A stretch of DNA of 64,000 bases from Octopus sinensis (lineage: Eukaryota): contig NC_042997.1 of assembly GCF_006345805.1 (NCBI RefSeq), forward strand, positions 18,848,001 through 18,912,000. The letters run 5' to 3'. The stretch's first letter is position 1. Every line of letters starts with the position of its first letter. The notes beneath the pieces are model-generated. The model had not been told where the DNA came from. It saw nothing but the letters and a program-made list of their open reading frames with translations, and ran no database searches. Made by a program: the position numbers and the translations under genes. Positions 39,301-53,300 of the stretch are shown here, one piece after another.

Positions 39301-39458
39301 TACGACAGGCTTCTTTCAGTTTCCGTCTACCAAATCCACTCACAAGGCATTGGTCGGCCCGGGGCTATAGCAGAAGACACTTGCCCAAGATGCCATGCAG
39401 TGGGACTGAACCCGGAACCATGTGGTTCGTTAGCAAGCTACTTACCACACAGCCACTC
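39030..39458 (-). mobile_element. SINE group B, full length, little diverged
   Basis: Near-complete reverse-complement match to the 12886 and 49817 copies; CpGs retained. Confidence 0.9.
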
Positions 39459-39784
39459 TACATGATATTAAATTTTTTTTTTGCAATAACCAGAAATGTA
39501 AGCAGACTGATATACATGTGGCTTTAGTGCATTTCTTAAAGCTTTGTTGTGAAAAGGAGATACTTCAGTTAAACAACGCTTTCCCACTCTGTGTCCAGGA
39601 AGAAGGAGATTGCTCTGGTTAGTTTCAACAATTTTTACTACCTTGTCAGAAGTTGGTTATTAACTTTTGTGACCACAGGAACATAGTAGTATATAGTTAT
39701 TTATATAAAAGACAAACTTAGTATTGAATTGGTCTCTTCTAATTTGTCCAACACACTGAGTATTGACTTTACATTAATTTATTC

Positions 39785-40235
39785 TCTTATTCTTTCACCT
39801 GTTTTAGTCACTTACTGTAACCATACTAGGGAACTACCTTGAAGGGCTTTAACCAATCTAATCAACTCCACCACATGTTTTTAAGTCTAGTTCTTACTCT
39901 GTCATTTATTTTTGCCAAATCACAAAGTTGTAAGAACATAATCAATCCAAACTGGTTGTCAACCAGTGAGAGACAAAAGACAATGATGCACACACAGACA
40001 CACACATGCATACAACCACACACACACACACACATACACACACATACACACACATATACACCACAAACACACAACACTCTTCTGAACAGCTTTTATCCAC
40101 CAAATTCACTCCCCAGGTATTGTCCAGTTATCCAGTTTGGGGCTCTAGTAGAAGACTCCTGCCCACAGTGTCATGCAGTAAGACTGAGCCAAAAACCATA
40201 TGGTTGCAAAGTGAACTTCTTACTATTTAGTTATG
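39785..40235 (-). mobile_element. SINE group B, degenerate
   Basis: Recognisable tail, internal (CA)n and head remnants. Confidence 0.65.
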
Positions 40236-40237
40236 CC

Positions 40238-40238
40238 T

Positions 40239-40297
<59 letters not shown>

Positions 40298-40328
40298 AAC
40301 AACAACAGCAACAACAACAACAACAACA
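40238..40328. repeat. Compound (CAG)n/(CAA)n trinucleotide repeat
   Basis: Direct inspection; no supportable coding context. Confidence 0.95.
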
Positions 40329-42395
40329 CACGCAGACACACACACACACATCATATATATATGTTGTGTAGCTCTTCACATAATATATTTACACACCTTG
40401 CAATAATTGGACAGTTATGCAAATTAGGGTAGAATATTCCTTCCTATCAAGGTCTGTGTATAATAATGAATAGATATATATTATTATTTTCTCTCTGATC
40501 AGAAAAATTAGTGACTGGGCCCTGATGAAGAGGTAAAAGAATTCATCTCATCCAATACCTTTTTCCTGGTCCCACAAGCAAAAATCAATGGTTCCATTAT
40601 GATAATCTACTTTTTACAGTGAAGAAAAAAGATGTCTATTAATAACTCATATCTGTAAGTTTTTATATGCACAAAAACATTTTAGTGCATAAACCTATCA
40701 TCTGGATATAATTACCTGTGAGATTTTCTGACTTTAATGTTAATTGTAACATAAAAGTACCTTGGGAAAAGTTCTGTGTATAATAAGAAATATAGTAGAT
40801 TGTGTGACCTTAATTTCTTTTAGTTAATATTGCTCTGATATAAATATTTCAAGAAATTATGATAAAGATGAGTTCTAATGATGCCAAACGAAATGAACTT
40901 CAGCAGACTTCAAGTTTTGTTTGCACAGAAAAAAAATCTGGTATTTTAAAAATTTATAGATTCCTCTTGGTCACTCAAAGTGTAAGAACTGAACCCAGAC
41001 TGCTCATACAAACTGATTTCAAATTCAACAGCAACTTTTAGACTTAAATGAGAAAAGCATCTGTTAAATTCAAGCAAACTTACAAAGTATTGATTTTAAA
41101 ATAAATAACAGAATTCGCAGAAATTGCAACTATATTTAAATTGAAAATCAAACATGAGAATTATTAAAGAAACGACTCGAAATAAAAATTATGAATTTGT
41201 CTATTTACCGATGAGTATATCTAAATTTTCAGATATTTGCTTTTAAATAAAATACATAAATATAAATAAACAAAACAGTTTATATATCTATCAATAAACA
41301 AATTATATCAGTATACTTTAAATATCTATTTAGAAATGAAATGCATTTATTTTTATTTTCTAATGTTCTCCTTTTTAATAATGAAATATTTCTAAAATGT
41401 ATCCATTGATATACAAATTATATTTGTAATTGTTTAGATATCCACAGAAAGTTAGAGTATATTTGCAATTCTTCAAATGCACAAAATAACTACTTTATTA
41501 AAGTTATATACTTTTTAAATTTACTTTTTTTTTTCATCATAATTTAGAACAATACTAACTTTCTTTGTTTCAGGCAAATTTAAATTTATTGAAAAATTTT
41601 GAAAAAACTATTCAATAAGTATTGTAATATTTCACATAAAATTTGTTCTCTTAACAAACTTTAGTTGATACATCACAAAATAAAATTTGATACATTATTT
41701 AAGAACATTTCCCATGCAGATGATACAGTTCAAATAAAATTTATTACTTTCTCTTGAAATCGCAGTAAATAGCTGGATAATATAACACAGGTCATGGACT
41801 ACTGGCCTGTTGCTTGTTAAATATTTTGCCACACCTTTGAAGAAGCATTTTAACTCCATTAATCTACATATTTATCCCTGTAAAGTGACTAGAAAATTAA
41901 TGTTTAGTTACCTGGGTATTTAACTCTAAAGTATATTAAAATGAGAGCATATAACTGAACTGGAATTAGTATTAATGATTAAACATTGTCACTATTAAAT
42001 CAACACATCTTTATTCTAGCCTTTGTTATGAGTTTAATATCTGAATAATTTACATTCACACATCCATACTCATTATAATTTACAATCAATCATAATAATC
42101 TTCATATTTGTGACATTCAGTAAATTATGGTTGATTGTTCTGAGATCTTACTTAAATTTCACTTTCCAGGATGTCAGCATCAATAAATTCTTTCAGTTGC
42201 TCTGATTGAACCCTCTCTTCCATTTCCATTACTCTAAGTTTACCTGGTGCTTCTTCCATTTATTAAACTCAAACTACCTCTAGAAGCTTTTAAAAAATTT
42301 CCTCCTACATATACTTCCATTTAAATTTAAATCCAGCGTCATAGGTTCAATGACAAATTTCTCTTATGGTTTTTTCCAATCTTTATACATACTTT

Positions 42396-42721
42396 GAGGG
42401 CGCGTGGCTTAGTGGTTAGGGCATTCGGCTCATGATCGTAAGGTTGTGAGTTCGATTCCCGGCGACGCGTTGTGTCCTTGAGCAAGACACTTTATTTCAC
42501 GTTGCTCCAGTCCACTCTGCTGGCAAAAATGAGTTGTACTTGTATTTCAAAGGGTCAGCCTTATCACTCACTGTGTCACGCTGATTATCCCCGAGAACTA
42601 CGTTAAGGGTACACGTGTCTGTGGAATGCTCAGCCATTTGCACGTTAATTTCACGAGCAAGCTGTTCCGTTGATCGTATCAGCTGGGACCCTCGTCGTCG
42701 TAACCGGCGGAGTCTTTTTTT
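42396..42721 (+). mobile_element. SINE group D (body 1 + tail X), young
   Basis: tRNA-like head (TGGCTTAGTGG; GAGTTCGATTCC), GTGTCCTTGAGCAAGACACTT core, CpG-rich; 14-bp TSD TTTATACATACTTT at 42382-42395 and 42722-42735. Confidence 0.92.
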
Positions 42722-43504
42722 TTTATACATACTTTATAAAACCTGCTTAAGATCGCCATCACCATTAAGTATATTTTATCAATACACTGACATACTGAAC
42801 ACTTTTAATCACTTTTCTGATGCCAAACAACTTTTACCCCACCAAAGTCTTTGTCTCTACAGAGCAGTGTGATCTTTTTTTGAGAAAGAGAATCCCTCCT
42901 GGATGGTATTGCAAACAGCTTCCAAACACTAATTACCCATGACTACTAAATGGTTGGCATTCTGTCAGTATTAAGCTGAAATTGTATATCCCAAACAACT
43001 TAACATGTGATTGAAACAAATATGTGCATAACATATCTCTCACACAACACTAGTTCATGGCTGTACTAACAAATATTTGGAGAGTGAGGCTCACAGTTGA
43101 CCAAGCTGACCAAGCATACCATTCTTGTGACCAAAAACTTAATGATGCTAATCATATCAAACTGTTTCTGACAGGGAAAATGGTGAATGGTTTCTGAGGA
43201 AGACAGCAACCATTTGGTAATGATAACCAATAAGATAATTAATGGATAAGAAAAAGATGATCCTAATCACATAACTGTCAACCTTCCTCGCTTCCCAAAT
43301 TGCAACCAAACTTTCAGGACACTTTCTAACAATGTACATGCTGAGTTTGCATAATTTTCCAGTACACCACTCCAAATTCAAAATGACTGTATAAGACATA
43401 GCCCAGCAAATACAGCCACATTCACAACCTGCTTTGATTCTGACACCATTTCCCAAATACTAGCATACACACACACATGAAAAATAATCTTGTAGATATG
43501 CCAA

Positions 43505-43690
43505 TGAAGGAGACTCTACATGGCTGCTACTCTAGCCTGCTAGAATTAGAAGCCAAATCTCCTTAAATCACACCCTACTGTCTTACATAAGACTATGATA
43601 CATTAGATAATGTAATCTAGATATACCAGATAGTCATAGCTGGATGCCTTTGACTATAAGTCTACTTGATCAGAGCTGATCAATGGTTAA
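43505..43690 (+). mobile_element. Repeat group E
   Basis: Best-preserved E copy; aligns to the 32135 and 57665 copies. Confidence 0.65.
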
Positions 43691-43769
43691 TCCCATATAA
43701 GAAGTAAATAGGATATATACACATCAGATGGTAATTTATGAACTTGTTTATCTTGTATATTGTACATAT

Positions 43770-44214
43770 ACTCTTTTGCTTGTTTCAGTCATTTGACTGT
43801 GGCCATGCTGGAGCACCACCTTTAGTCGAGCAAATTAACCCCAGGATTTATTCTTTGTAAGCCTAGTACTTATTCTATCGGCCAATTTTGCCGAACTGCT
43901 AAGTTACGGGGACGTAAACACACCAGCATCGGTTGTCAAGCGATGTTGGGTGGGGGACAAACACAGACACACAAACATATACACGCACACACACACACAC
44001 ACACACAACACACACACACACAACACACACACACATATATATATACGATGGGCTTCTTTTCAGTTTCCATCTACAAAATCCACTCACAAGGCTTTGGTCG
44101 GCCCAAGGCCATAGTAGAAGACACTTGCCCAAAGTGCCACACAGTGGGATTGAACCCGGAACCATGTGGTTCATAAGCTAGCTACTTACCACACAACCAC
44201 TCCTACACCAAATA
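43770..44214 (-). mobile_element. SINE group B, full length
   Basis: Full alignment to the group; TSD TGTACATAT at 43761-43769 and 44215-44223. Confidence 0.9.
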
Positions 44215-45108
44215 TGTACATATTTGCACAAATAATTTCATTATATATTCACTTGGTCTGCAAAATTTAAGGATACTAAATGATTGCATTGGAGTTGAAA
44301 GAATAAGAATGCCCATTCATATTAATCTGACTGATCTGTACACGTGTATTTAAAAACAATTTATATAAAATTCATAGGCAAAATATTCTCTTTCAGTTTC
44401 ACAAATTCTAAAAAAAAGATAAATCTCTAATTAATGGATTTGAAGGCTTAGTTTCACTTTCTTCCTGTCTGTATTAGAAAGTCAATTTTCCTTATAATTT
44501 TATTACAAGGAAAACTGCCATTGTTTTTAGCCTTTGTTTGTTTCATTCTTCATTCTTAAAGCAGGTGAATTCGTGCAAACTGTAGAATGGTGTAGAAATG
44601 TATAATGGTATTATGCCTACTGATCTTGACACATTATCAAATGAATAATTCAAAATTAATTAGCTCAGCAGCAAGAAATATCAATAGTAAGTTAACATTC
44701 CAATGATATTTACATATAGAGCCATTATAAGACAGACACACACACGCACACACACACACACATACACACACACACACACACATATATACACACACACTTG
44801 CATACAAATATCATTATAGAAAGCAAAATATTGTGATACACAGAGGTACATGGAGATGAAGGTAAAAACACAAGGCAATACAGAAACTGACACACCCTCA
44901 GTTACAGATATAGTACCACTTCTAAAGACATTTCACATACATACACACTGATATTAACACACATACATACGCACACACACATGCCTACATACTCTAACAC
45001 AGGAACAACTGCTTCTCCATGAAATTTTATGATTTCATATAGTAGTTGTCACAGATGGTTAACCCAGGTCATGGTTGCTTAACCCTAGTTGAGCAGACAA
45101 CTGATTAA

Positions 45109-45329
45109 CCCTTTCGTTATTGTATTTATTTTGAGATGCTCTCTGTTTCTTTCAATTAATTTAAGTATAACAAAGAATTTAGTGAAATAACTTAGTTATC
45201 ATTAAGCTAGTGTTAGGAACATAAATTGTGACTAAGATTTGGTGGAAGATTTTAATTCAAAACTTATGTAAACAAGACATTTGTATTACAGAGCCAGAGC
45301 TGGTTTCAGCCAGGTTGGTCTCAAAAGGG
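45109..45329. mobile_element. piggyBac-like MITE (221 bp) inserted in a group E copy
   Basis: TTAA (45105-45108)-CCCTTT...AAAGGG-TTAA (45330-45333). Confidence 0.8.
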
Positions 45330-45734
45330 TTAAAATTATTGTTCTCTAGACAAACTTTTCTTATTTCTATGTGCAATACATAGTTGACTACATTATCCAG
45401 TATGCCTTTCTTATTCTAAGACTGCAGAGAGTGATTTCAAGAAAGTCTGTGTACTATTTCTAGGAGATTGTGTTACCATGAAGGAGCTCACTTGTTTGCT
45501 TGTGACGAATATGGCATGTGGGTCTGTGCTGCAAGAGTTGAAGATGGGTAATGATTAGTCACGATGCTGATTTTGGTTTATCTGTCCAAAAATACATACC
45601 CTTTAGTGCCTATTACTTGTTTGCTATTATCTGGGAATTTTGGTTTACCAAAGGTAAGTATATCAATAACAAGCCTTTGCAAGGAATTAAGCAGTCATAG
45701 CTATCTTTCATTCAGTAATATTTAATTTCTCTCT

Positions 45735-46140
45735 AAGGTGGCGAGCTGGCAGAAATATTAGCATGCCAGGCAAAATACTTAGCGGTATTTTGTCTGCTGT
45801 TACATTCTGAGTTCAAATTCCGCTGAGGTCGACTTTGCCTTTCATCCTTTTGAGGTTGATAAATTAAGTACTAGTTATGCACTGGGGTCGATGTAATCAA
45901 CTTAATACCTTTGTCTGTCCTTGTTTGTCCCCTCTATGTTTAACCCCTTGTGGGCAATAAAGAAATAAAAATTGTTAGCTCACCAGGCAAAATGCTTAGA
46001 GTTCAAATTCTGCTGAGGTCGAATTTGCCTTTCATCCTTTTGGGATTGATAAATTAAGTACCAGTTGCATGATGGGCTTGATCTAATTGACTGGCCTCCT
46101 CCCCCAAAATTTTGGACCTTGTGCCTAGAGTAGAAAAGAA
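45735..46140 (+). mobile_element. Tandem SINE C1 + C2
   Basis: C1 about 45735-45968 followed directly by an internally deleted C2 about 45970-46140. Confidence 0.85.
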
Positions 46141-46321
46141 TATTAATTTTTCTTGTAAATGTCTGTTAATGAAATTGTCAGTTCTTATGGTATTGATATT
46201 TTAGCATCATTTGTATATGATTGACCAGTTATATACAGGTAACAATGTCTCCTAAAAGGAAATGTTAGAAACGCTATTTGTCTGTCTTGCTTAGATTTTA
46301 AATTTGAAATTTTTATCTATA

Positions 46322-46762
46322 TAGGCACACACATGGCTGTGTGAAGCTTGTTTTGCGACCACATGGTTCTAGCTTCAGTCTCCCAGTGTGGAACCTTGGG
46401 CAAGTGTCTTTTACTATAGGCCTTGGGTCAACCAAAGCCTTGTGAGTAGAATTTACTACTTCAGAGATTCCACTAGCTATGAAACATGTAACCTGAAATT
46501 TTGGATGTTTATTCACCTATACAACAAGCTATGTTGCTAACCATGAACTATAAAATTAACTTTTATCAGTTTATCATACTTCGATTTGAGAAAAATTCAT
46601 AACCTTCTATGTGAATAAACCACTTTTGTTCCTGAAAGTTGGTTTTTATACCTTCTACAGATTCCTTCAAGCCCACTAGCTTCCTATACCTTTATTCTTG
46701 GATCTTACCTTTACAAATCTATCTATCTATCTATCTATTAATCTCTCCCTCCCTCTCTCTCC

Positions 46763-46796
<34 letters not shown>

Positions 46797-47030
46797 GCTT
46801 ATATCTTTGTCTGTGTTTGCATTTGTTCCCCACCACTGCTTGACAACCAGTGATGGTGTGTTTAAGTCTCCATAACTGAGTTGTTCAACAAAAAGAGACT
46901 GATAGAATAAGTACTAAGCTTGAAAAGATAAGTCCTGGAGTTGATTTGTTTGACTATATTCCTTCAAGGTGGTGCCCCAGCATGGCTGCAGTGAAATGAC
47001 TGAAAGAAGTAAAAGATAGAAGAAAAGATA
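46322..47030 (+). mobile_element. SINE group B split by about 265 bp of unrelated sequence
   Basis: Head 46322-46455; microsatellite and 3' half 46720-47030. Confidence 0.7.
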
Positions 47031-47251
47031 TATTTTTTTGGTTTCCTGTATTTTGATTTGATACCATATTGGAGAAACGCCTTAAAAGAATTTAGTTGAT
47101 CCTATAAACTCCAGAGATTATTCAGTCTAGTACTTATTCTATCACTCTATATTACCAAATCACTATGTTATGCTTTGAAATAATTGTATTGTAGCTATGC
47201 TTGATGGTTTACACCAGTAAACATAATTTCAGACAAGTACTAGGACATACG

Positions 47252-47505
47252 TGGAGGCATGTGGCTAAGTAGTTAGGTTGTCAGCATCATGATTGTAAGA
47301 TTGTGGTTTCGATTCCTGGACCAGGCAACACGTTGTATTCTTGAGCAAAACATTTCATTTCACATTGCTCCAGTCCACTCAGCTGGGAAAAATGAGTAAT
47401 ACTGTGATGGACTGGCGTCCCATCCAGCTGGGGAACACACATGCCATAGAAACTAGGAATCTGGGCCCATGAGCCTGGCTAGGCTTTAAAAAAGGTGCAT
47501 TTTTT
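47252..47505 (+). mobile_element. SINE group D (body 1 + tail V)
   Basis: Head and core align to 42396 up to AAAATGAGT, then GATGGACTGGCGTCCCATCCAG tail shared with 24621. Confidence 0.8.
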
Positions 47506-49339
47506 TAATTATTACTTGAATATACATATATACAACAAGCTTCAACACTATTTCTATCAATGATTAAACAAAAGCTGTGGAAAATGACACTTGTCCAATG
47601 CGTTGTGCAGTGAGATTGAACTTGGAATCACATAGTTATGAAGTAAACATCTTAACCACATGCCTATGCCAGCATCTGAGTTTTAATATTTATAGCTCTT
47701 CACCTTTTAGAATAATTTACATTTTTTAATTTCTATTTTTTCTATAACATCCTATTTTCCTTTCTCATTATTTCGATAATTTATGGTGCTCATTATTATG
47801 GCAAGGGTTTTAACAAGGTTAATAAATTATTTAAATAATTGGAAGCAGAGAGATGAATACAACACCACTGCCACCGCCACCATCACCACCATCATCATTG
47901 CCATTGTAAAAATGGAGTTGAATAGGTCTTTCAGCATTTCTCAGTATTAGTCATTAAATATATGAGCCACAAATACATTTGATCATAACTAACAACTTCT
48001 TTCTAATTCATTTGTAGTCAAATTCATTATGTGTGGTGCACCAATTTGTGTCAGAGACAGGTAGCTAGGTAACTGAAAATGCTCTGAGCTTGTTAAGTAA
48101 GTTGATGTATACATATTTAATGAAGAGAGCATTAAAAATCTCATTAGAAGTAAGACACTAATGAGGAAAATATATATATATCAGTCAATGGCTAATAATT
48201 TTCTTTTTCTGGCAAGTACAAAAATGAACGTTGAGTATATTTCAGTCTTATTCTTACCTTATCAAAGAAGGACTCCTTAAGCCATAAGCAAACCATCAAA
48301 TAAACTTACACATTTGAGCTACCTAGCTAGTGGTGGCTGGATGGATGCATAGAAGGTGGGAGATTAAACAATAGATAAATTTATGAATAGATACATAAAA
48401 CTTCCTCTTGATAAAAGTAGTGTTTAACTAATAATATTACTCATAAAGACTGCATCAGAACTATGATTTTCTGCCTCAGTTCTAGTTACATTAATTATTT
48501 CTGTCCATTACACATGAAGAACTTCTTCATTATTCTGCTCATTTATATTTCCTACAAAAAAATGGAAACTAATCTTTTAAGATGGCAGTCAGTCATTAGT
48601 ATTTCATGAAAGTACTTTATTCCATTCTTATTAGTTTTATTTATTCTTTTTGTTTAAATAACATTACCAAATTCAGCAAATATTTTTAGTCATTTTATAT
48701 TCTTTCCAAGTTCAACAATTCTAATGAGAATTTTGCAAGAAATAAAATTAACAAAAATGAATTAAAAATTACCAGAAATTTCATTAAAATATTTTTATAG
48801 AAACACAATTTTTTTTTCAATGCCTTTAAATCATATAATGTTTAAATCAGATAGCAGAATTTTGCTGATAGTTTTCTAATGTCTTAGTTTAGTGTCTCGG
48901 AAGTAACTGGAATAGCATAAAATCTTTCCCTCCAACTTTTCCCAACACACATATGCATGCATTACTCACAACCACAAAACAACTAATTTACAAAAAGTTT
49001 TAGTTTATTTCATTCTTTCTAATCACATGCAATTATTTTAGGCCATTAGGGTGAAACTAGAGTCAAGTGGCCATAATAAAAGTTTTCTTTCACAGCTAAT
49101 GTCTTTATTCATATATATGTATAGATATTATGAGAAACATTCTTGTAACAATGGTTAGCGAAGCTAGGGAGTGAACGTTGCCAAAATTTTTGGGTAAAAA
49201 ATGCATTGATGATTGTTCATTTGATATATCATAGATCATTCCAAACTCTTGCTGCTTTGCTTTTATATTCAAAGTCACAAAGAGAAAAGAATATTAATCA
49301 TAAATACAGAACAGCATTGTTTGACAAGCTTGGCTCCAG

Positions 49340-50740
49340 TGAATAGGTGTCAGAGCTTTAGTTTGCATATTGTTTTCTATCTCAACCTTCGGGGGATGAA
49401 GTATGGCTTTAGAATTGAATAAGTCTACAATCTTTTAAAATTGTATTCAAATTTGTTTGGAGGAAGGACTGAGTGAAACGTTTAGTATAAAATCAAGGAG
49501 ATGAATTGAAGAGGAGGAGGAAGCATCAGTGAGATAAGCAAGTGTGTTTAGAGAGTGTATGCTGCCAGCTAGTTCAGAGAAACAATAAACATTATAGTAA
49601 TGATTGAAGGGGCAGAGAAAATAGAAAGCATGCCCATAAGTAGATAACTGAAGTATGATGGTAACTGAATATTTTTCAATCAGTCAAATAATCTTCTAGT
49701 GTGTGAGCTTGGATTTTGTGACTGCATATATGTGAGCAATATTCTAATGTAGGTCTTACTTGGACTAATAAAGATTAACACTTTAACTTCCATGATACAA
49801 ATTTGTCTAAGTTATCAGGAGTGGCTGTGTGGTAGGCAGCTTGCTTCCCAACTACATTGTTCCGGGTTCAGTCCCACTGTGTGGCACCTTGGGCAAGTGT
49901 CTTCTACTATAGCCTGAGGCTGACCAAAGCCTTGTGAGTGGATTTGGTAGACGGAAACTGAAGGAAGCCTGTCGTATATATGTATATATATATATGTATG
50001 TGTGTATATATGTTTGTGTGCCTGTGTTTGTCCCACCCAACATCACTTGACAACCGATGCTGGTGTGTTTATGTCCCCATAACTTAGTGGTTCAGCAAAA
50101 GTGACTGATAGAATAAGTACTAGGCTTACAAAGAATAAGTCCTGGGGTCAATTTGCTAGACTAAAGACGGTGCTCCAGCATGGCCACAGTCAAATGACTG
50201 AAACAATTAAAAGAGTAAAAAGAGTAATCTAATATAAAAGTGATTTGCCAAGTGGAATCATAAGACATTCTAGCAATTTTGTGGGTTTCAACTGTCTGTT
50301 GTTCATAACAAGAGAGGATGAAGTACTAAACTGTTTCCTGCATACGTGTAGTAATTGATTCCTTGATTGTTAAAAATCACTAATTACATGATCCCATTGA
50401 AGCACACTCTCAATATCTCTGATGAAGTATTCTGGCAAGAGATTATTCAGTTTTGTGTAGATGATACCTTTGTATGGAAGATTAATGTTAAAATGTCAAG
50501 GGTAGTAACATGTGCATAGAAAGGTATATTTTTAAGATTTGCACTATATAAACCATTAATAGAGAGAAAGAAGAGTTTAGGAAGCATTATCAAACTTTTA
50601 GGAGTTCCAGAGCTTACAGAATGTGGGTCTCCAATAGTGCTGCTTGATAAGAAGGTTCCAAAGCAAAAAATAAGAGGCATGTGTAGACTATAGGTGAGAA
50701 CATAAGTTGGAGAGTCATGCACCATATATCATCAATAGTT
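49340..50740 (-). mobile_element. Decayed CR1-group LINE RT and 3' region, interrupted by a SINE B
   Basis: SSGTPKSLIMLPKLFFLSINGL..IPFYAHVTTL (GVPQGS/YADD boxes), QVRPTLEYCSHI and CPFNHYYNVYCFSELAG in the correct order. Confidence 0.8.
49817..50226 (+). mobile_element. SINE group B, full length
   Basis: Same architecture as 12886; (TAAAAGAG)n-like tail. Confidence 0.9.
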
Positions 50741-51002
50741 TTTTGATATCAAATGTAACAAGACTGCAGTTGATGTGCAATTCTTGAACAGATTCCAATG
50801 TATTATGGTACTTATTTTATTAGAATCAGAGTGAGGAAAATGAAAAGTGACTTTGACAAAGTTTGAACCAAGATGGGATGAATTATAGCAACACGTTTTA
50901 ATGTACACTCTTGTTTCTTTGAGTTTCAGCAAGATTATACTTAATGATCAATTTGGTAGAAATGACAGCCAAATTTCTCCCAGTCATTCCCTGCTGTTTT
51001 CA

Positions 51003-51219
51003 AATATTGATTTCAAATCATGATTCAAGGCCAGCAATTTCAGAGGAGGGAATAAGAGATTACATCAACTCCAGTCTTCAACTGGGACTTAGTTTATTGA
51101 CCCTGATTAGATGAAAGGCAAAGTCAACCTCAGTGGAATTTGAACTCAGAACACGAAGACAGATGTAATGTGGCTAAGCATTTTGCTCAGCACAGTAATG
51201 ATTCTGCAGCTCACTGCCT
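51003..51219 (-). mobile_element. SINE group C (C2 tail) inserted in a group E copy
   Basis: C body; imperfect TSD TGCTGTTTTCAAAT / TGCTGTCTTGAAAT. Confidence 0.8.
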
Positions 51220-51789
51220 TGCTGTCTTGAAATGCTACAGACACATTGTACTTCAAAATATAATACAAAAAGCGGCATAATTACAAATGGAAAACCATAA
51301 TCGTGATTCTGCACATTCAGATCTAACCTCAGACAAACAACAATAACAATTTTGCTTTCTAAAAATATATACCTTATTTTACTGATTTTGTCACTGGACT
51401 ACAATTATGCTATGGTATTGCTTTCAAGAGTTTAAACAATCTCATCAACTCAAGTGCTTTTTTCTTTTTTGGTCTGGTGCTTATTTTATTGATCTCGATT
51501 AGTCAAATCACTAAGAATGGATACAAACCACATAGACATGGACACACATACATACATGCACATGTATGCATACCTTACCCACATTTGTACAACACACATG
51601 TACACGTATATATGTAGGTACAATAAACTTTTTCAGTTTCCATCTTCTAAATTCCACTCACAAAATTTGTGACTAAAATACTACACACACTTGGAGTGAA
51701 CCAAGATCTACATAGTTGTGAAGGAAATTTCTTAACTACAGGGTCATATCTATACTTTTGTAATTTAATATTTAATGATTTTTTTCCTT

Positions 51790-52085
51790 TATTATTGTAC
51801 TCCTTTCGGGTAAGATGATCCTGGATCCTGGATCTCTGGGGACTGTCGATCGGTCCTTTTTGGAGTCTCCTTAATCAGGAAGACTGTATCATTGATGTGT
51901 TCAGAAATTTTGTATACTACGTGTACTTTTATTTCGTTTCTCCCCCCTTCTCTTTTCTTCCCCACATCATTTATGTAACACTTCTCCACACACAAATTGT
52001 AAACTGTCCTTGTAATGTCCCCCTCATCTGATGCCTCTATGGCAAATAAAAAGCATCATCATCATCATCATCATCGTCATTATTA
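51790..52085 (+). mobile_element. Probable LINE 3' UTR fragment (AATAAA followed by (CAT)n)
   Basis: GC-richer block, pyrimidine tract, AATAAA at 52045-52050, simple-repeat tail; last 55 bp resemble the SINE C1 tail. Clade not established. Confidence 0.5.
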
Positions 52086-52984
52086 TTAGTAGTAGTATTA
52101 TCACATAGACTAAATTTCAACAACCCTTCGTGCTTTTTCTGTATAATTACATATTAAAATCTGCTGTTAGTTTTCATTTCACATATTGAAAGCTATCCAC
52201 TTGTGCATGTAGAAACATTCTCCTTTGATCTCCTCCATAAATTTTTCTCTATAAAGTGGTTTGATAATTAATTTTATCTTGATATTTTTGTAAACAGCAG
52301 GTGTGAACATATATAATATATACTAATGGAAGATAGATACTAATGGTGAATATAGTTTCACAGTCCCAATATAGTCGGTAAAAGCTTACATTTGATAGCA
52401 AATAAAAGTATCATAAATGCAAAACTGCCAATGATTTCTTTGTAACAGAACAATTTTTACATTACCCCCGAAGTCTTCATCATAGTCAAAATAATAAAAT
52501 GTTCATACATTTTTTTTATTTCAAAAAGATCTTTCATCCTTGCAAGAGGATAAAATTCCAGGAATCTTAAGAAAAAAAAAATGTTCATCTTTGACCCTTA
52601 GCGGTAGGGTGAGCTACAATAACTTTTATATGTTCAGTTTAAACAAAAATGACTAAGAACGAATTTTGAACTCATGACCTCTGTGTTAGTATTCAAGGGC
52701 CATGAAACTCAGCAGCCAATAAATGTTGTCATTGAACAATATTTTCTTCACCATTATTTTTTCTGTAGCTATTTTAATTTTTTTCATACTAAATATTATT
52801 GAGCTATAGAATATAATTTTCCAATGATAGATTTTTGTATATTGAATCTATGTATTTTTAATTTCTATTTCCATTTTTACCATTTTTTTTACTCCTTATA
52901 GACACAATGTTGTCACACTAACAACTTGTTGAGTCATTGTGCAGTTTTAGATTAACTAAGATTATACTACCAAAGTTTTTGTGC

Positions 52985-52993
52985 ATCTATCTA

Positions 52994-53077
<84 letters not shown>

Positions 53078-53132
53078 CCGGTTTGCCTGTCTGTTTTGTC
53101 AACCTATAATTGTCTACCAGTCTTTCTGTCAG

Positions 53133-53196
<64 letters not shown>

Positions 53197-53254
53197 CCTG
53201 CCTATTTGCCTGTCTGTTTGTCTACCTATAATTGTCTACCAGTCTGTGTGTCAG

Positions 53255-53286
<32 letters not shown>

Positions 53287-53300
53287 CCTGTCCATCCATT
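52985..53300. repeat. (TCTA)/(TCTG) microsatellite with a duplicated internal cassette
   Basis: TTTGCCTGTCTGTTT..ACCTATAATTGTCTACCAGTCT..TGTCAG occurs twice, about 123 bp apart. Confidence 0.9.

Noticed and set aside
39839-40432. Longest ORF (197 aa) with poly-S/N
   Set aside because: Made of a decayed SINE B plus CA and CAG/CAA repeats; no coding evidence.
42396-42470. tRNA gene (CAT anticodon-like loop)
   Set aside because: Imperfect cloverleaf that runs into a SINE core and is bounded by a TSD; it is a SINE head. The same applies at 24830-24903 and 47252.
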